A stretch of DNA of 64,000 nucleotides, taken from NCBI GenBank assembly GCA_976551045.1, contig CDPCPM010000344.1, positions 5,704,001 to 5,768,000 of the forward strand, given 5' to 3'. The position numbers and the translations under genes were made by a program. This DNA comes from Glaucostegus cemiculus. Its lineage: Eukaryota. Numbering within the stretch: position 1 is the first letter of the stretch; each line of letters opens with the position of its first letter. The notes beneath the pieces are model-generated. The model had not been told where the DNA came from. It did no database searches and worked only from the letters and a program-made list of their open reading frames with translations. Positions 24,696 through 38,999 of this stretch are shown here, piece by piece.

Positions 24696-25151
24696 TGTTG
24701 GATTCGACTGTTTTAAGCAGTTTTTTTTAACATGTATAGAATTTGATACACCTCAAGTGGCTGTACAGGGAATGGCCACTCCTTAGTTTATTGGTTCATC
24801 CATCAAGTGAATACGTCTTTTCTCATTGGTTGGTTTTGCCACAGGTATCTAATAGGTTTTCTGATTGGACTATTGTTAGCTAAGGAGCACCTCTTACCTC
24901 AAGTATAAAAGGTGTTTCTTTTTTTGTTAATCTCTCTCTTGCTCTCTTACCCCTCCCCCCTCCCCTTAGCTCATTTTTAGTTCCTTTTGTCTCGGCTCAT
25001 CTCCCAGTAGTAAAGCTAGTGCCGTGTGCTCTGCGACTGTTTCTTTGTTTTAAACTTTTCCAATAAAACTTTGTGAAGCACCAAATTATTTTCAACTCAT
25101 TCCTGGACTCCTGAAAGAACCCGCGTATTAAAAAAATAACTGGATCTGACA
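24696..25151 (+). mobile_element. Solo LTR, family B (456 bp)
   Basis: TGTTGGATTC...GGATCTGACA inverted termini; TSD CTAC/CTGC; ATTGG boxes, TATAAAA at 24904, AATAAA at 25062. Confidence 0.8.
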
Positions 25152-25484
25152 CTGCTTTCAATGCTTCTTCAAAATCACATGGAAGCTAGAGTAGTGAAGG
25201 AGCAATATGATCCAGAGAGCACAGTTCTAAAGTTTGTGTTTTCTAACATGTGGAAGACCATGGACAAACGGCTATCTGTATCCCCATCAGCACCTCTCCG
25301 CAGATTCTGTTGATGACGAAGATTGTCCTTGAGAATGGGGGCAGGGCGAGTGCATGGGGTGATGGTTGAAGCACAAATGGATAGAGGCACAAGGGCTGGG
25401 TTAGGCCATGAGGTGACACTGGTCCGTGTTGGGAGGGCTAGGAAGCATGCTCTTGGCTGAGAAGTGTGTCACGAAATTTCAGGG

Positions 25485-25865
25485 GTCAAAATAGGCTAGC
25501 CACTAACACCCATTACAAGCCTCCTAACTCCCACAGCTATTTTAACCATTCTTTGTCCCACCCTGCCCCCTGTAAGGACTCTGTTCCAATCTCCCAGTTC
25601 CTCTGTCTCCATCGTATTTGCTCCAATAATGAAATGTTGCATACAGGTGGTTCTGAAATGGCTCTGTTCTTTCTGAACCACGGTTTCCCCTCAACCATTG
25701 TCAACAAGGCCCTTGACCGCATGACATCCATTTCCCCTGCCCCTGCTCTCACCCTCTCTCCTCTGGGATGGAACAAGGATAGAATTCCCCTGGGTCTCAC
25801 CTTCCACCCCACCAGCCTCTACGTTCCACGGATCAATGCCAGCCATTTCCACCACCTTCAAAGAG
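25485..25865 (+). mobile_element. Penelope-like element RT C-terminal fragment
   Basis: YKPPNSHSYFNHSLSHPAPCKDSVPISQFLCLHRICS...RIPLGLTFHPTS peptide. Confidence 0.85.
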
Positions 25866-28639
25866 TGTTGGCAGTGTTGCACTGTGAATACGGAAAGGTG
25901 TAGGGTGAGCTTTGCAATGATGGGATCTCATGTTCATTCAGAAGGGAATAGACATTTTCCAAGTGATTTATCTGGATTTTGCCTCCAGTGTTTCCAAAAT
26001 TGTTTCTCCACTTCAGGCAAACTTTGGGTCAGTCAGTGCTTTATCCAGCCATCGCCAGGCTCATCTCTGTACAGTTCCTGTGGCTTCATCTTTAGCTGGC
26101 CCGCAAGTCTGATCAAGCGGAGAGGTCCCTGCTGCGGCTGCTCCCTGTGGTTGTGTGGGCTTTGAGTCACACCTGGGCCTTGGGGGGGATGACTCACTGC
26201 TTCTCCCAAAATGTCCTAATGGCCTTTTGACAAACCTTGGGCCTCTGTTCAAATGGATTTCGTTTTAAAAAGCTTCAAAACAACTTTAAGTACTAGAGAT
26301 TAGTTAAAAATCTTTAAGATTAAGTAAAGGAAAACAGAAAGAAAACAAGGATGACTTGTCTACTCTTACTTTGCAGTCAAGTGACCCCATTGAAATGAAT
26401 CTTCCTCTACCGCATGCACCAGCTCTCCCCAGTGTCAAGCTGAGGGGCCAGGTGTGAAGTACATTTGACTCCCTCAGCTCAGGATGCTTGCACACCATCC
26501 CTGATCACTGCTGAGTCCAACGGCATATCAGAGGCTATGATACACTGGCACCCAATCTCCAACTAGAAGCCAGCCTGTATCTTTACAGAAACAGCTGTTC
26601 AGGAGCAGTATGGCTGGGCTCCAGTCCAATGGATCCCATTACCACACATTACTGGGATCACCCCTCAATATTTGGTACTCAAAAAAGTAAAAATCAAGTT
26701 GAACTAATCTACCTGTTTAATTCAAATCATATGACAAACAGGAGTGAGAAACAACATCTAGGGGAAGCTCATTAAACTGATGAAAGAAAGAAAAAGAAGG
26801 CGATGTTAATGGTTTAATGAAAAGCGTGGTGAGAAAACAATAATATGAAGCATAACCACCTCCGTGGTACGCGATGGTCTTTTACAATTTAATCCTGCAT
26901 GATGGCTGCCATTGGAATAAAACAACAGCCTGTGTGTCGGTGAAAAAAGAAGGAATAAGATTGAATTAAGGCAACACAAACAAAATTAGAATCTGATACT
27001 CAAAATAAGGATAAAAATTGGTCCAGTGCCTGGAAGCAGTCTCACGGTTGTTTTTAAAACTGAACCCTAACCATTGATAGTGTTCATGGAGCAATCCTAG
27101 TGTGGCAAGGTTTGGAATTTAATCAGATGCTGGTAATGATATTGATATATAATTACAGCAGTGATTGCACTTTATTGAGATTTATAAAGGAGAGCGATAC
27201 CAGAACCCGGGAGCCTGAGGCGAGCAGTGGTGATAAAAATTGTCATTAGAAATTATGTTGAATTCCCTGTTGGAAGCAAAAGTACTGATTAGTGTTGCTG
27301 TGGATTTAGTGTGACTGTTCTGACTTGTCTCTGCAGTGTGGCAAATGGAAACACTAATTAAGCACTCCGAGGAGATTTTAATAACTTGCTGTGCTGTGTT
27401 GGTCTGTACTCAAGACTGGTCATTGCCCTTTTAATCCCTATTGTATCTCATTTTATAATAGCTGTGATCAATTTTCACAAAATGAATGTGCTTTTAATTA
27501 GTGCTGCTGGTGCTGTTTTAAGTCTGTACATGCCTGTTACTTGCTTCAGGTTTCTTCAGTGGGCTAAGCACCTCATGTCTTTTCTGTTGCTTCCTACATT
27601 CTGTGTCATAAATGCTTTCTTTCTTTCATTTGTGTGAAGCTAATGATACTCATTGCAGGCACCCAGTGTCAACATCAAAGAAAAATATAGCTCTGTGCAG
27701 CAGTACTTCAGATAGTACAAAGCCAGGTAACGGTGTACAGCGGTGTAGCAGGTAAGTTGCTGGAGGATGCTGTCAGAATGCCGGACAATCGATCCATAGA
27801 TACAAACTCAGGTCCTAGCAGGGCAGGTGGGAATTTAAATCCATCACTTTTGTATATCCTCAGTAACAATAACCATGAATCCATCCTGCTGTTGTCAACA
27901 CCCAGCTGAGTCATTAACATTCGTCAGCGATGGCACAGCAGAGCAGCAGTTTGTACTGCTGCCTTACACCTCCAGTGGCCCAGGTTCGATCCTGACCTCG
28001 GGAGCTGATTGCGTTGAGTTTTCACGTCGTGGGTTTCCTCTGTGTGCTCCAGTTTCCTCCCACATCCCAGAGATGTACTGGTAGGTTAATTGACTACTGT
28101 AAAATTATCTCCAGGGTAGGTGGGTGACAGGAAAGGTAAGGTGGGGTTGATTGGTGTGTGTGAGGGAGGGAATGGGTTACAGAGAAATAAGTGGGGGAAT
28201 GGGACTGATGAAAATTCTCTGAGAACAGAATGGGTTCTCTGTCTATGGCATGGGAAATATAAGAAATGAAATCCTTTATCCTTGGTTGGTCTGGCCTACA
28301 TGTGACTCCAGACCCACCAAGTTCAGTGTCATTTAGGGACAGACAATAAAACACAAGGCTCAGATCCTGGGAATGAGGAAGATGTGAGGAAGGTGAAGAG
28401 AGGCTTCGGGGGGGTGGGGGGGATACAGGCAGCCAGAGACATGATGATGGAGTATAACGGAGAAAAAAATAGAAGTGTAGTGTATTTTGTAAACGGTGAG
28501 GCACCCACTGATTGTTGAATGTTAACCTGCAGGTGCATCAGTCAACTTACTCCTGGTAAAACTGATTCTGCATGTGACTCGAAAATGGGTGCTCGTTATC
28601 GGGCTTCATTGCAGTACTTCAATAGAATATGAAATAAGA

Positions 28640-29820
28640 GTAACAAAGGATTGTAGATGCTGGAATCTAGATGAGAAACACTATGGTGTTGGAGGAACTC
28701 AGCAGGTCAGGCAGCATCCGTGGAGAAAAGCAGGCGGTCAACGATTCAGGTCAAGACCCTTCTTCAGGACTGAAGACAGGACAAGGGGAAGCCCAATATA
28801 TAGGAGGGAAAAGCAGAGCAGTGATAGGTGGACAAAAGAGGGGAGGCTGGGTGGGCACAGGGGTAGATGCAGATAAGAGATAGTGATGGGCAGGTGCGGG
28901 GGGAGCAGATCCACCAGGGGATCGGTAAAAGGTGAGGAGAGAGAGGGGAAAAAAGGCGAGTAGGAAGAAGAGAAGTATGGTGGGGGGAGGGTTGTGGGGA
29001 AGTAGGGGTTGTGGGGGAGGGGGGAAGGGTGTGGGGATTACCTAAAGCAGGAGAATTCAATGTTCATGCCGTAGGCTGCAAGGTTACAAGATGGAAAATG
29101 AGGTACTGTTCCTCCAGTTTGCAGTTGGAATTCTCCGGGCAGTGGAGGAAGCCGAGGACTGACATATCAGTGATAGTGTGGGAGGGGGAGTTGAAGTGGC
29201 TGACAACGGGGAGATGCAGATCGTTGTTACAGACAGAACGCAGGAGTTCTGCTAAACAGTCAGCTAGTCTGCGTTGGGTCTCGCCAATGTAGAGGAGGCC
29301 ACACTTGGAGCACCGAATGCAGTCGATGATGTTAAGGGAGGTGCAGGTGAATCTCTGTCTCACCTGAAAGGACTGTTTGGGTCCCTGTATGGAGGTGATG
29401 GAGGTGGTGCAGGTGATGTAGGGGCAGGTGTTTCACCTATGGCGGAGGCAGTGGAAAGTTCCTGGGGTGGGAGCGGGTGGGTTGGGGGGGGGGGAGGGGG
29501 AGGAGTGAACGAGGGAGTCATGGAGAGAACAGTCCCTGCGAAAGGCAAAAAGGGGTTGCGGAGGGGAGAGAGAATGATATGTTGGATTTGTAGGCTGGTG
29601 GGAATGAAATGTGAGGACAAGGGGACCCTATCCCTGTTGGGTGAGGATGAGAGAAGAGGTACAGGAAATGGCAGAGAAACGGGTGCGAGCTCTCTCAAGC
29701 ACAGTTGGGGGCAAGCCCCAGTTAGAAAAGAAGTTGGACGTCTCGGATGCCCTGGAGTGGAAATCCTCATCATGAGAGCAGAGAGATTGAGAAAAAGGGA
29801 TACCATCCTTACAAACCCCA
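28640..29820 (-). mobile_element. Penelope-like element 3' part (GIY-YIG endonuclease and pseudo-LTR)
   Basis: QRFTCTSLNIIDCIRCSKCGLLYIGETQRRL...HFNSPSH peptide; HHR-like motif at 28738-28770. Confidence 0.9.
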
Positions 29821-32627
29821 ACAGATTGGCTCCTGACTCACCAGGGTAATGTTTGCAGCACCTTCTTCCACTCACCAGGACTCTGGTTTCTGCACTCCCT
29901 TCCGACTTGCTGGGGCCAGATTCCAGCGTTGCCCACCCATTGAAGTTAAAACGAGAGAGATGCGGATGGAGAGTGGCACGGAAAGGACTATTTGCTACTT
30001 ATTGAAATATATTTATGGGTCGAGAGTCGAAGTGTGGAATTCAGATGGACCACAAGGTGCACTGAGGGACTGCGAGAAGGAAGGTCCCAGTCAACTCTCC
30101 GGGGCTCCAGTTCCCATTTTCTCATTCAACCGACCTGATTCTGTACTCTGTTCCCTAGATTCCCTTTAAACTTATCTGGTTCAGTGGAAAATCTTTGTTT
30201 AATGTGTAACACCTTACAAAAATATTTTGAAATACTAATATGAATAACATCCAATAGCCTGGTAAATTTGCTAATCGACTCTCCAAGGTTCTGAGCATGC
30301 TGGATTATCAGACTTTTAAAAAGAAAGCAAACAGTATTGTTTAAAAGCATGAACCCATTGACACTGAAGGCTTAGATACATAAACAAAGCAACACAGGTA
30401 ACATATTTAAATCGCAAACCTGCAATGCAAAATAGCAGTATATTAAGGTTTGAATAAAACTCTGTTCAGCATACGTATTGTATTCTGCTAACATGAACTT
30501 TGAAGCATTTGTTTCAATCCATTTAAGAGTTCCATAATCATCAGGAGTCTGGCGGACAACAGGTGCTTCTATAGAGTGTATCCAGACCTGAGATCACTTA
30601 CCGTGTATTAGTGTACTGTCAATAGGCTGAAGCTTTGTCTTCTGCACTTACCTGCACTAAACTTGGTCCCGCTGTCCTTGAACTACAGTAGAGCAACAAC
30701 AACTATGAGTTACTGGGAGCCAGGTCTGCCATTGACCTGATTATGAACAAAAGTGCTCAGTCTTTGGTTTGCTTATTGCTTCATCCTTGGACCAAATGTG
30801 CTCAATCTGGAGCTCCCTGAGTAACTCCAGATTAATAATCTCACAATAGGAGTCACCATCCATGTCCTCTTAAAAAAAGACATTGGAAACACTCAACAGG
30901 TCGGACAGCATCTTAGGGAAGACAAATGCTTCAAGCCAAAGACCCTTTTGTCAGACCTACAACTTTAACTATGTTCTTCTTCCAGCAGATGCTGCCTGAC
31001 CTGCTGAATGCTTCTGTCGTTTCCTGTTTTTATTCAAGAAAGTGACTAAATGTTTTGGATCACCACGTGGCTTGGTATAGGAGCAAGTCAATACTTTGAA
31101 GCAGGAATTACAGTGAGTCTCAGCAGCTGGGAAATCCAATAACAGAGAGAGAGAGCTGCTCAAGAAGAAGATTCCATCGCCTTTCATTGCTCTTATTTCC
31201 ATCATGCTTTATTGCCAATTTTCTGCTTGCTCTAGAGTGTAAACTTTTGCCCAACCTGAAGTTCTTGCCACAATTTCCAGCACTGCCTCCATTCCTGTGG
31301 CCCATTGATATTTATTTCAGATTTCCAGCGTCTGTAGTCTTTTGACTATCATTCTCTACCTCCTGACTCATCTACTGATTGCTCTAGCATTTCCTAAAGA
31401 TCAATCACTGGCCTTGTAAAACCTTTAGCTCCACCTGATGACTTAATTCTGTTGGTTTAAGCTCATACCCTAGAGAAAATGTTGCCTATTTTGTTGACCT
31501 TAGTGTCTGCAACTTTCCAAATGCAGCTTTTCCTCACAACAGTATCCAGAGCTACTCCCCTACAAGTTCTCACTCTCCTTTCCTTGCTGAGTTAGAGTTA
31601 ACTTAATTTCACTCACAGCAGCTTCACTGTATAAAAACAAGACTGACAGTGCAACCACTCCAGCCTCTGTTTCAATGATTTACTGTTTAAAGTTTGACAC
31701 TAGTGTTTCTTATTCTTTGAGGCAATTCACATCATTTGGTAATTGAGCTGACTGCTCAGACAGTTATCCTTGTACTTCACTTAGTGTAACATTTTTCAAA
31801 TTTGTTTGATACTCCAAAACGTTTAGTTTCCTGACAAACGGCTCTTTCACAGAGTTTCCTGAACCAAGATCTGACTCCAGCTGAGATTGTTCCAATAATC
31901 AGCCTCTTGATTTCATTATTTCATCTTATTTTGAAGTGGCCTGATTTTGAAGACATTTATTTCAGACATGGTATAACATCAGCTGCTCCTCATGTGTTGA
32001 ATCAGTCTCCTTCTCATTGGACTGTTTCCTTCTGCAGATCCTCGAAGCCACCTGACAACTGAGGTGACATCCTGACTGTGCATTGTCAGATGCAGTGTTA
32101 GGGACTCGCCATTTTCTTTGTGTTACCATCAACGTCACAGAGATTCACCGAGCCATACAACACAGAAACAGGCCCTTTGGCCCACCGAGTCCATGCTGGC
32201 CATTTAAACTAATCTCATTTTAATCCCTGCACATCCCCCTCAAATTCATCCCAGATTCTACCATTCATCTACACACTAATGGCAATTTACAATGGCCTAT
32301 TGACCAACCAATTGGCTCACCCTGTGGTCATAGATAGAACATGCAAACTCCACACAGACAGCACTGGAGTTCAGGATTGAACACAGGTCTCTGGAAATGT
32401 GAGGCAGCAAATCTATTGCAGCTTAAAATCTATACAGTATACCTTCCTGTAGGTAGTCTTCCATATTTCTGGAAATATTTAGTATAATGATAAATCTATG
32501 TGAACTGCTGATCTCCTGACAAAGTGCACCTTTTTCCCTGGTCCTGATGAAGACATTGGCAGTGCTATTCTGCATGTACCAGCTGTGCTTTCTAGTGCTT
32601 TGTCAAAATGGTTGATTTGTCAAAATG

Positions 32628-32916
32628 GCAGGCACGGTAGAGTAGCGGTTAGCATTTACAACGCCAGCAACCTGGGTTCAAACCTGGCCACTGTCTGTAA
32701 GTTTGTATGTTCTCCCCGTGTCTGCGTGGGTTTCCTCCAGGTGCTCCGGTTTCCTCCCACATTCCAAAGATGTACGGGTTAGGAAGTTGTGGGCGTGTTG
32801 TGTTGGTGCTGGAAGCGTGGCGACACTTGTGGGCTGCCCCCAGAACATGTCACAAAAAGATGTATTTCACTGCGGTTTCTATGTACATGTGATTAATAAA
32901 GATATATTATCTTATT
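32628..32916 (+). mobile_element. V-SINE, tail type A
   Basis: Full-length match to family copies. Confidence 0.85.
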
Positions 32917-35157
32917 CAGTAAGTTCATCAAAAGGGCCCCTGGTTACCCTTGAGGCACAAGAGACTTCAGATGCTGGAAACCGAACCAAAAAATAAACTG
33001 CTGGAGGAACTCAGTGGGTCAGGCAGCATCTGCGGAGTGAAAGGGATGGTTGATGTTTCATTTTGAGACCCTGCATCAGGACTGAAGTGTGGAGGGAAGG
33101 TAGCCAGTATAAAGAGGTAAGGTCACCCTCAACCCTCCCTCTCACCTCCACCTATCACCTCCCAGCCTCCATCACTATCTCCACCCTTCCCTCTCCCACC
33201 TGACTCCATCTCCCAATCAATCCCTCCTCAACTGATGGTCATCAGCCTTTGCCTGTGGATCCCAGCCTTTGACCTAATCTTCTTGCAGCAGAACCTGCGT
33301 AGAACTTCATCCTCTGGGAAACTGGTACCTGGGCCACCCTATCACCCCTGCCCAAGCTGCAGCTCATTCACAGCACCCAGACCCCCAGCTCTCCACTACA
33401 AGTGTTGGCACGTTCTAGTGTCAGAAATGTTGGCCAAAGTATCAGAGGGTGCCTTGGACCTTGGTCACCTGAAAGGAGAAAGGTTGTGGGAAGGAAGTGA
33501 AGGGCAGGCTTACATCATCTGCAGCAGTTACAATGGGGACATGGGAGAACTCGATTGAGACAAGCCTCTGAGTCAACTGTCACCGTCAATGATCACTATG
33601 CCATCACTGGGCCACAGAGTGTCATGGCAACTCCAATAACGGCTGTCTATTTTCCCTCTAGAGGGCTGGGATGTTGGAGGTGGACTCATACCTTGCTTGC
33701 TTGTTGTTGGTGGTGATGTGGCACCTTATACCAGCAGGAGGAAGTGTGAAAATGAATGACTTGCAATGCGCCTGACTGATGTTCTGCCTTGGTTGAAAAT
33801 CTAGCAACATGTGTAGGATGAATATAAGGCCTGGAGTAGTGCTAAATGTGTATGAGTGTACATGTTGAGCACAAGGATTGAGTCAAAGAGTCTTGGAGAG
33901 ATACAGAACAAAAACAGGCCCTTCAGCCCACTAGTCTGTGTTGACCATCAAGCACTCATTTTTACACTAATTCTGCTCATTTTATGTCCCCATATTCCCA
34001 CCAGCTCCCCCTCCCGATTCTATCTCTCATCTACACACTTGGGTCAATTTACAGCGGTCAACTAACCCACCAACCCACATGACTTTAGGATGTGGGAGGA
34101 AACTGGAGCACCCAGAGGAAACCCACGAGGTCACAGGGAGAACATGTATGCAGACAGCACAGGGATTGGGGTAGAACTTGTCTGCTGGAGCAGTGAAGCA
34201 GCAGCTCTACCAGCGGTGCCACCGTGTCACCCCAAAGGTTAGATACAAATCCAGACTGACGATGATTGTCGGCAGGTGAGTGACAGGACTGTAGCGCATT
34301 GTAGTGTGTGAGCCTGGAGGTGTATCTGGTGGGAGATAGGATTGAAGAACCCTTTGCTGATGCTGATTGCTTGTGTGAGGTTATACTTAAAGCCATGTCT
34401 ATATTCTAGGACTGGACTCCTTGATATAGGACTTCTACCCAATTGCTTCCAATTGCTTGCACTTGCCTAGAGAGATCTGAAACCCTGCTTCTACCTTCTT
34501 CTCCACTGTCCACTGAGGCTTCCAGTGCTGAGCTGGAAAATCTGGATGTCCATCTACTGAAGACACTCCACAACTGAGTTCAGCACTGGTTCCAACCATA
34601 CAACTCCTCCACTTTAACAGTTGTGGGCTGCCTTTATTTGAAGCAAGCCAGGCTGAAATGGTGTTAGCCACTCCAGAACCTATGCCCACGGCGATATCCC
34701 CCAGGGTAATCGACAAAGCACTTACACCATCTGGTTGGGGAAATCATAATAAGTAACAGGTGACAGCAACCTTGAGTGCTGCCTGCAGTAGGTGACTATG
34801 AGCTGGCTTGTCAACCTTATCTGACCCCTGGACAAACTTATTTTGTCATCTGGTTTGACATGTGTTGTGGATCCTATCCCTCAGTGCGGAATTCATGCGG
34901 TGTTTCCAGCTTTCCATTGCCTTCATTCTGTCACCTGTCCTCTGGCCCTGGATAATTCCACTGCTGGGACTCCTTCCAGGCTGTTAGTTCCCACTTAGCT
35001 GCGGGTTTCCCACAGGGACAAGCTGAGCATGGAATGTGCATTAACGCTGTGACAGCCAAGTTTGGAAACATCTGTCAGGTCGATGTGCTCCATACTGTGT
35101 GGTAGAGCTGCAATAAATACTCAGTGGGTTCATTGTTCCTATTCACATGAAGATAAC

Positions 35158-35650
35158 ATTTTTTTTTATTTCAAATACATAAAAAGTACATACAGGAAAT
35201 GCAATGCAATTAGTCAAGATTGTCCAGATGAAGGGTCTCGACCTGAAATGTCAACAGTCTATTACCCTCCATAGACGCTGCCTGACCTGTTGAGTTCCTC
35301 CAGCGCTTTGTGTGTTGTAATACATTCAGTACGTGTCTTTCTTTAAATTCATTTTGCCATCAATCAATTGTGCCGTTAAAACAGTGCACACTCTTACAAA
35401 GCATCAGTGTCGTTCGTGATTCCTCTTCAAACGATACACCCATGAAGTGTTTTACACAGGACCCAGCCCCTTAACGTTCAGGACTTTTAGACTGTCATCC
35501 ATCGCTACAGAGCCTTTGTAATGGCTGCACCAAGCTTCAGTGCATCTCTCAGCAGGTACTCCTGCACCCTGGAATGTGGCAGTAGGCAGCTTTCGTTGAC
35601 AGACATTTTGTTACACTAGAGGACCAACAAGCTTTGGGCAGACCAAAGTG
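35158..35650 (-). mobile_element. Tx1/L1-clade LINE 3' end with a nested Penelope fragment (~35220-35318)
   Basis: Similar to 24078-24510. Confidence 0.6.
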
Positions 35651-35671
35651 CATTGGGTTTATCTTCCCAAA

Positions 35672-36319
35672 CATATCTTCCCAAACCCCTCAGTCATGAA
35701 ATCCTTCTACAGGGGGACCATTGAGAGCATCCTAACTCAATGTATCTCTGTTTGGTTTGGAAGCTGCTCAGCTGCTGGGCGGAAGTCCCTCCAGAAGATA
35801 GTTAAGGCTGCGGAGTGGATCATAGGTGTCTCGCTTCCATCCCTCGCAGACATATACAAAGACCGTTGTGTGAGGAAGACCAAAAGCATAATGGCCGACC
35901 CCTCTCACCCCTCCCACCACCTCTTCACAATTTTGCCATCAGGGAGGAGGCTTAAATGTATCAGGGCAAGAACGTCCAGGCTGAACAATAGCTTCTTTCC
36001 GCAAGCCATAAGAACTGCAAACTCTCTCATCCCTCCATCTTCCTTTGTTAACACTAGGAGATGCTAGGTGCACAGAAATGCACCAGCACTTTAAATGCCC
36101 GACACCAGCCCGTTCACTTTAAGATCTATTTATGTAAGAACTAATGGGTAATGTTTTGTACTGTGTATTCTGCCAAGTGTGTATGTGTCTCTCTGTTGGT
36201 TATGTTATGTTATTCTTTTTTATGAGACGTGTTCCTGTGGAGGACGGTATCTCGCTCCTATGCGTACCATGTATGTATATGGTTGTGACAATAAAACTGA
36301 TTCTGATTCTGATATTGAT
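35672..36319 (+). mobile_element. Rex1/Babar LINE 3' fragment
   Basis: FYRGTIESILTQCISVWFGSC...LPSGRRLKCIRARTSRLNNSFFPQAIR peptide; (ATTCTG)n tail. Confidence 0.9.
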
Positions 36320-37105
36320 GCTTGTTGTCGCAAGCTGTGGCTCATAAACGACTTCTGTTCTCCTTGGTTTGACAGCCGTTCCTGTTCCCTACCCACCCGA
36401 GTTCCCAACTACCTCCACTGATGTCGAAGTATAAATCTACCACTGGTGCCTCAACCAAAGCTCCGTCCTGCAAATTTAAACCAGGCTGCTGGCTATCCAG
36501 CAGTGATCCCAGTCCTGTTCTCATAGAACATAGAACAGCACAGCACGGGAACAGGCCCTATGGCTCACCATGTTGTGCCAAACTAATTAACCTAGTAAGT
36601 AAATGTCTAACTCAACTAATCCTTTCCCATCAGCAGGCAAGTGTGTGTTTCTAGCAGGAAATGGTGGCTGGCTTTGCAAACAGAAGGTTTAAGTGATGCT
36701 GAATCCACCAACTCCATCCTCAGCAGCCTGAAGGCAGGATCTCTGCAGAGCGCAGTAAAGATGTGAAGTGCAGCCACCAATCATAATGCAGTCAGCCCGA
36801 GATCAGACCACTGAGCATTTTTAGAGAAAACTATCATTCTTATTTTACACAATAACAATGCAAAAAAGATGGCTTTAATTTTGGTTCAGGGGCAAACAAA
36901 ATGAATTTAGTTGCGGCACCTTGCATCAGCGAATAGAACGAGTAATCCCAGTGTAATTTCTTGTTTAACAAGAAACGCAGTTGTTTGCCTGAAGCTAATT
37001 TTTGGAGGCTGTTGACATCTGTATTTGTTGGGAATGCTTTGTAATGGAAACTCTGCCCCCAGCACAATCTACACAAAAGATGTATTTCACTGTGTGTTTC
37101 GATGT

Positions 37106-37269
37106 NNNNNNNNNNNNNNNNNNNNNNNNNNNNNNNNNNNNNNNNNNNNNNNNNNNNNNNNNNNNNNNNNNNNNNNNNNNNNNNNNNNNNNNNNNNNNNN
37201 NNNNNNNNNNNNNNNNNNNNNNNNNNNNNNNNNNNNNNNNNNNNNNNNNNNNNNNNNNNNNNNNNNNNN
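37106..37269. other. Assembly gap
   Basis: Run of N. Confidence 1.
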
Positions 37270-37604
37270 ATAATAAAACTGTAGGGTCATAAAGACATAC
37301 TACTGGGAAACAGGTCCCTCAAAGTCAAAGTTCAAAGTCAAAGTTCAAGATTATTGTCATAGGCATACATACCCAGGGCGTAAGTGTCAAGAAAATTAGC
37401 TTGTTGCATCAGCAGCACAGTACATTACCAACATGACAAACAAAAGTTACATGAATTTAAATTAACATAAATTACAGATAACCTACACAACAAGATTAAA
37501 ACAAAACATAACAACATTAGTGCAAGTTGAGGGAAATACAGTCCGAGGTAGAATTAGGATTTTTCAGGTGGGTTCAAGAACCTGACAGCAGTGGGGAAGA
37601 AACT

Positions 37605-37865
37605 AAATTCTAAAATTCTAAGTTTTATTTTACAGCGTGGTAACAGGCCCTTTCAGCCCAACGAGTCTGCGCCGTCCATTTCAAACCCCCAAAATTAACC
37701 TACCCGTACGTCTTTCAGAATGTGGGAGGAAACTGGAGCACCCGGAGGAAACCCACGCAGACATGGGAGAACATACAAACTCCTTACAGTCAGCGACGGG
37801 AATCGAACCCCGATCGTTGGTGCTGTAACAGCGTCGCGCTAACCACTGCGCTATCGTGCTGCCCA
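37605..37865 (-). mobile_element. V-SINE, tail type B, young, nested in a Rex-like fragment (~37320-38130)
   Basis: Reverse-complement match to 6680-6930; CpG-rich. Confidence 0.85.
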
Positions 37866-38999
37866 ATCTGTTGTTGAACCTTGAGGTGTGGGTCTTGAGG
37901 CTCCTGTACCTCCTGCCTGATGGCAGCATCGAGAAGAGGGCATGGCCTGGATGGTGGGGGTCCCTGATGATGGATGTCACCTCCTGTAGATGTCCTCGAT
38001 GGTGGGGAGAACTGCACCGTGATGGAACTGGCTGAGTCCCACCTCTCTTTGTGGCCTCTTGCATCCCTGTATATTGGAGTTCCCACACCAGACTATGATG
38101 CGACTAGTCAGAATGCTCTCCACTGTATTTTGGTCCACTGAGTCTGCACTGACCATTAACCACGTCAAACATATAAAACAAAATGTGGCTAATAAACTTG
38201 TATACTTTGATGAAATAAAAACAAAAGATGCTGGAAACATTCAGTAGGTCAGCCAGCATCTGCAGAAAGAGAAGCAACGCCAGTGTTTCAGGTCACATGC
38301 CAGACAAAAAGGTCATCTGGCCGACTGAGTGTACACCAGCTCTCACTGCAATCCCATTCCGCTATTTATTTCCCTGAAACCTACTCTCTCTCTCAGTTGC
38401 CTGGCAAAGATAACAAACAGCACACTTCTGATCTGCTGATATCTTGGATCTGACAGGAAACCAGAACACCCAGAGGAAACCCACACATTCACAGGGCATC
38501 CTCTGCACAGGAGGTACCCGGGGTCAGGTTTGAACCCGGGCTGGTGGAGCAGTGTGCCAGCAGCACTAACTGCTGCACCGCAGTGATGTTATATTTTGGA
38601 GAACTTTGTGACCATCAATGAAGCTGACCTTCGACGTGGGACATCAGATTTCTGAAATGCCTTCCTGAACCAATATCACCTGCAGATCAATTCCCATTTT
38701 ACTTCTCGCGATACTTCCCATGCTTTACAGCTCCACCCTCTCCCTGCTTTCCCCTGTAAAAAATTTCAAGCAGTCCCACACTCTTGGAGGAGCTGAGCCA
38801 GCCCTGTCCTTCACACGTAACTGCCATCAGCAATGGAAACATTTCCCATTCAAATGCTCCCAAGGGGAAGATCATCACAAAGTGAAACCCACTGTCCGGT
38901 ATCCACAAATCACAGTGACAAATCTCTCTTCTCATACTTGCCCTCCTTCAGCTGCACTTCAGTGAGACAATTCGATAAAAACTACCTGACAATCTTAGC

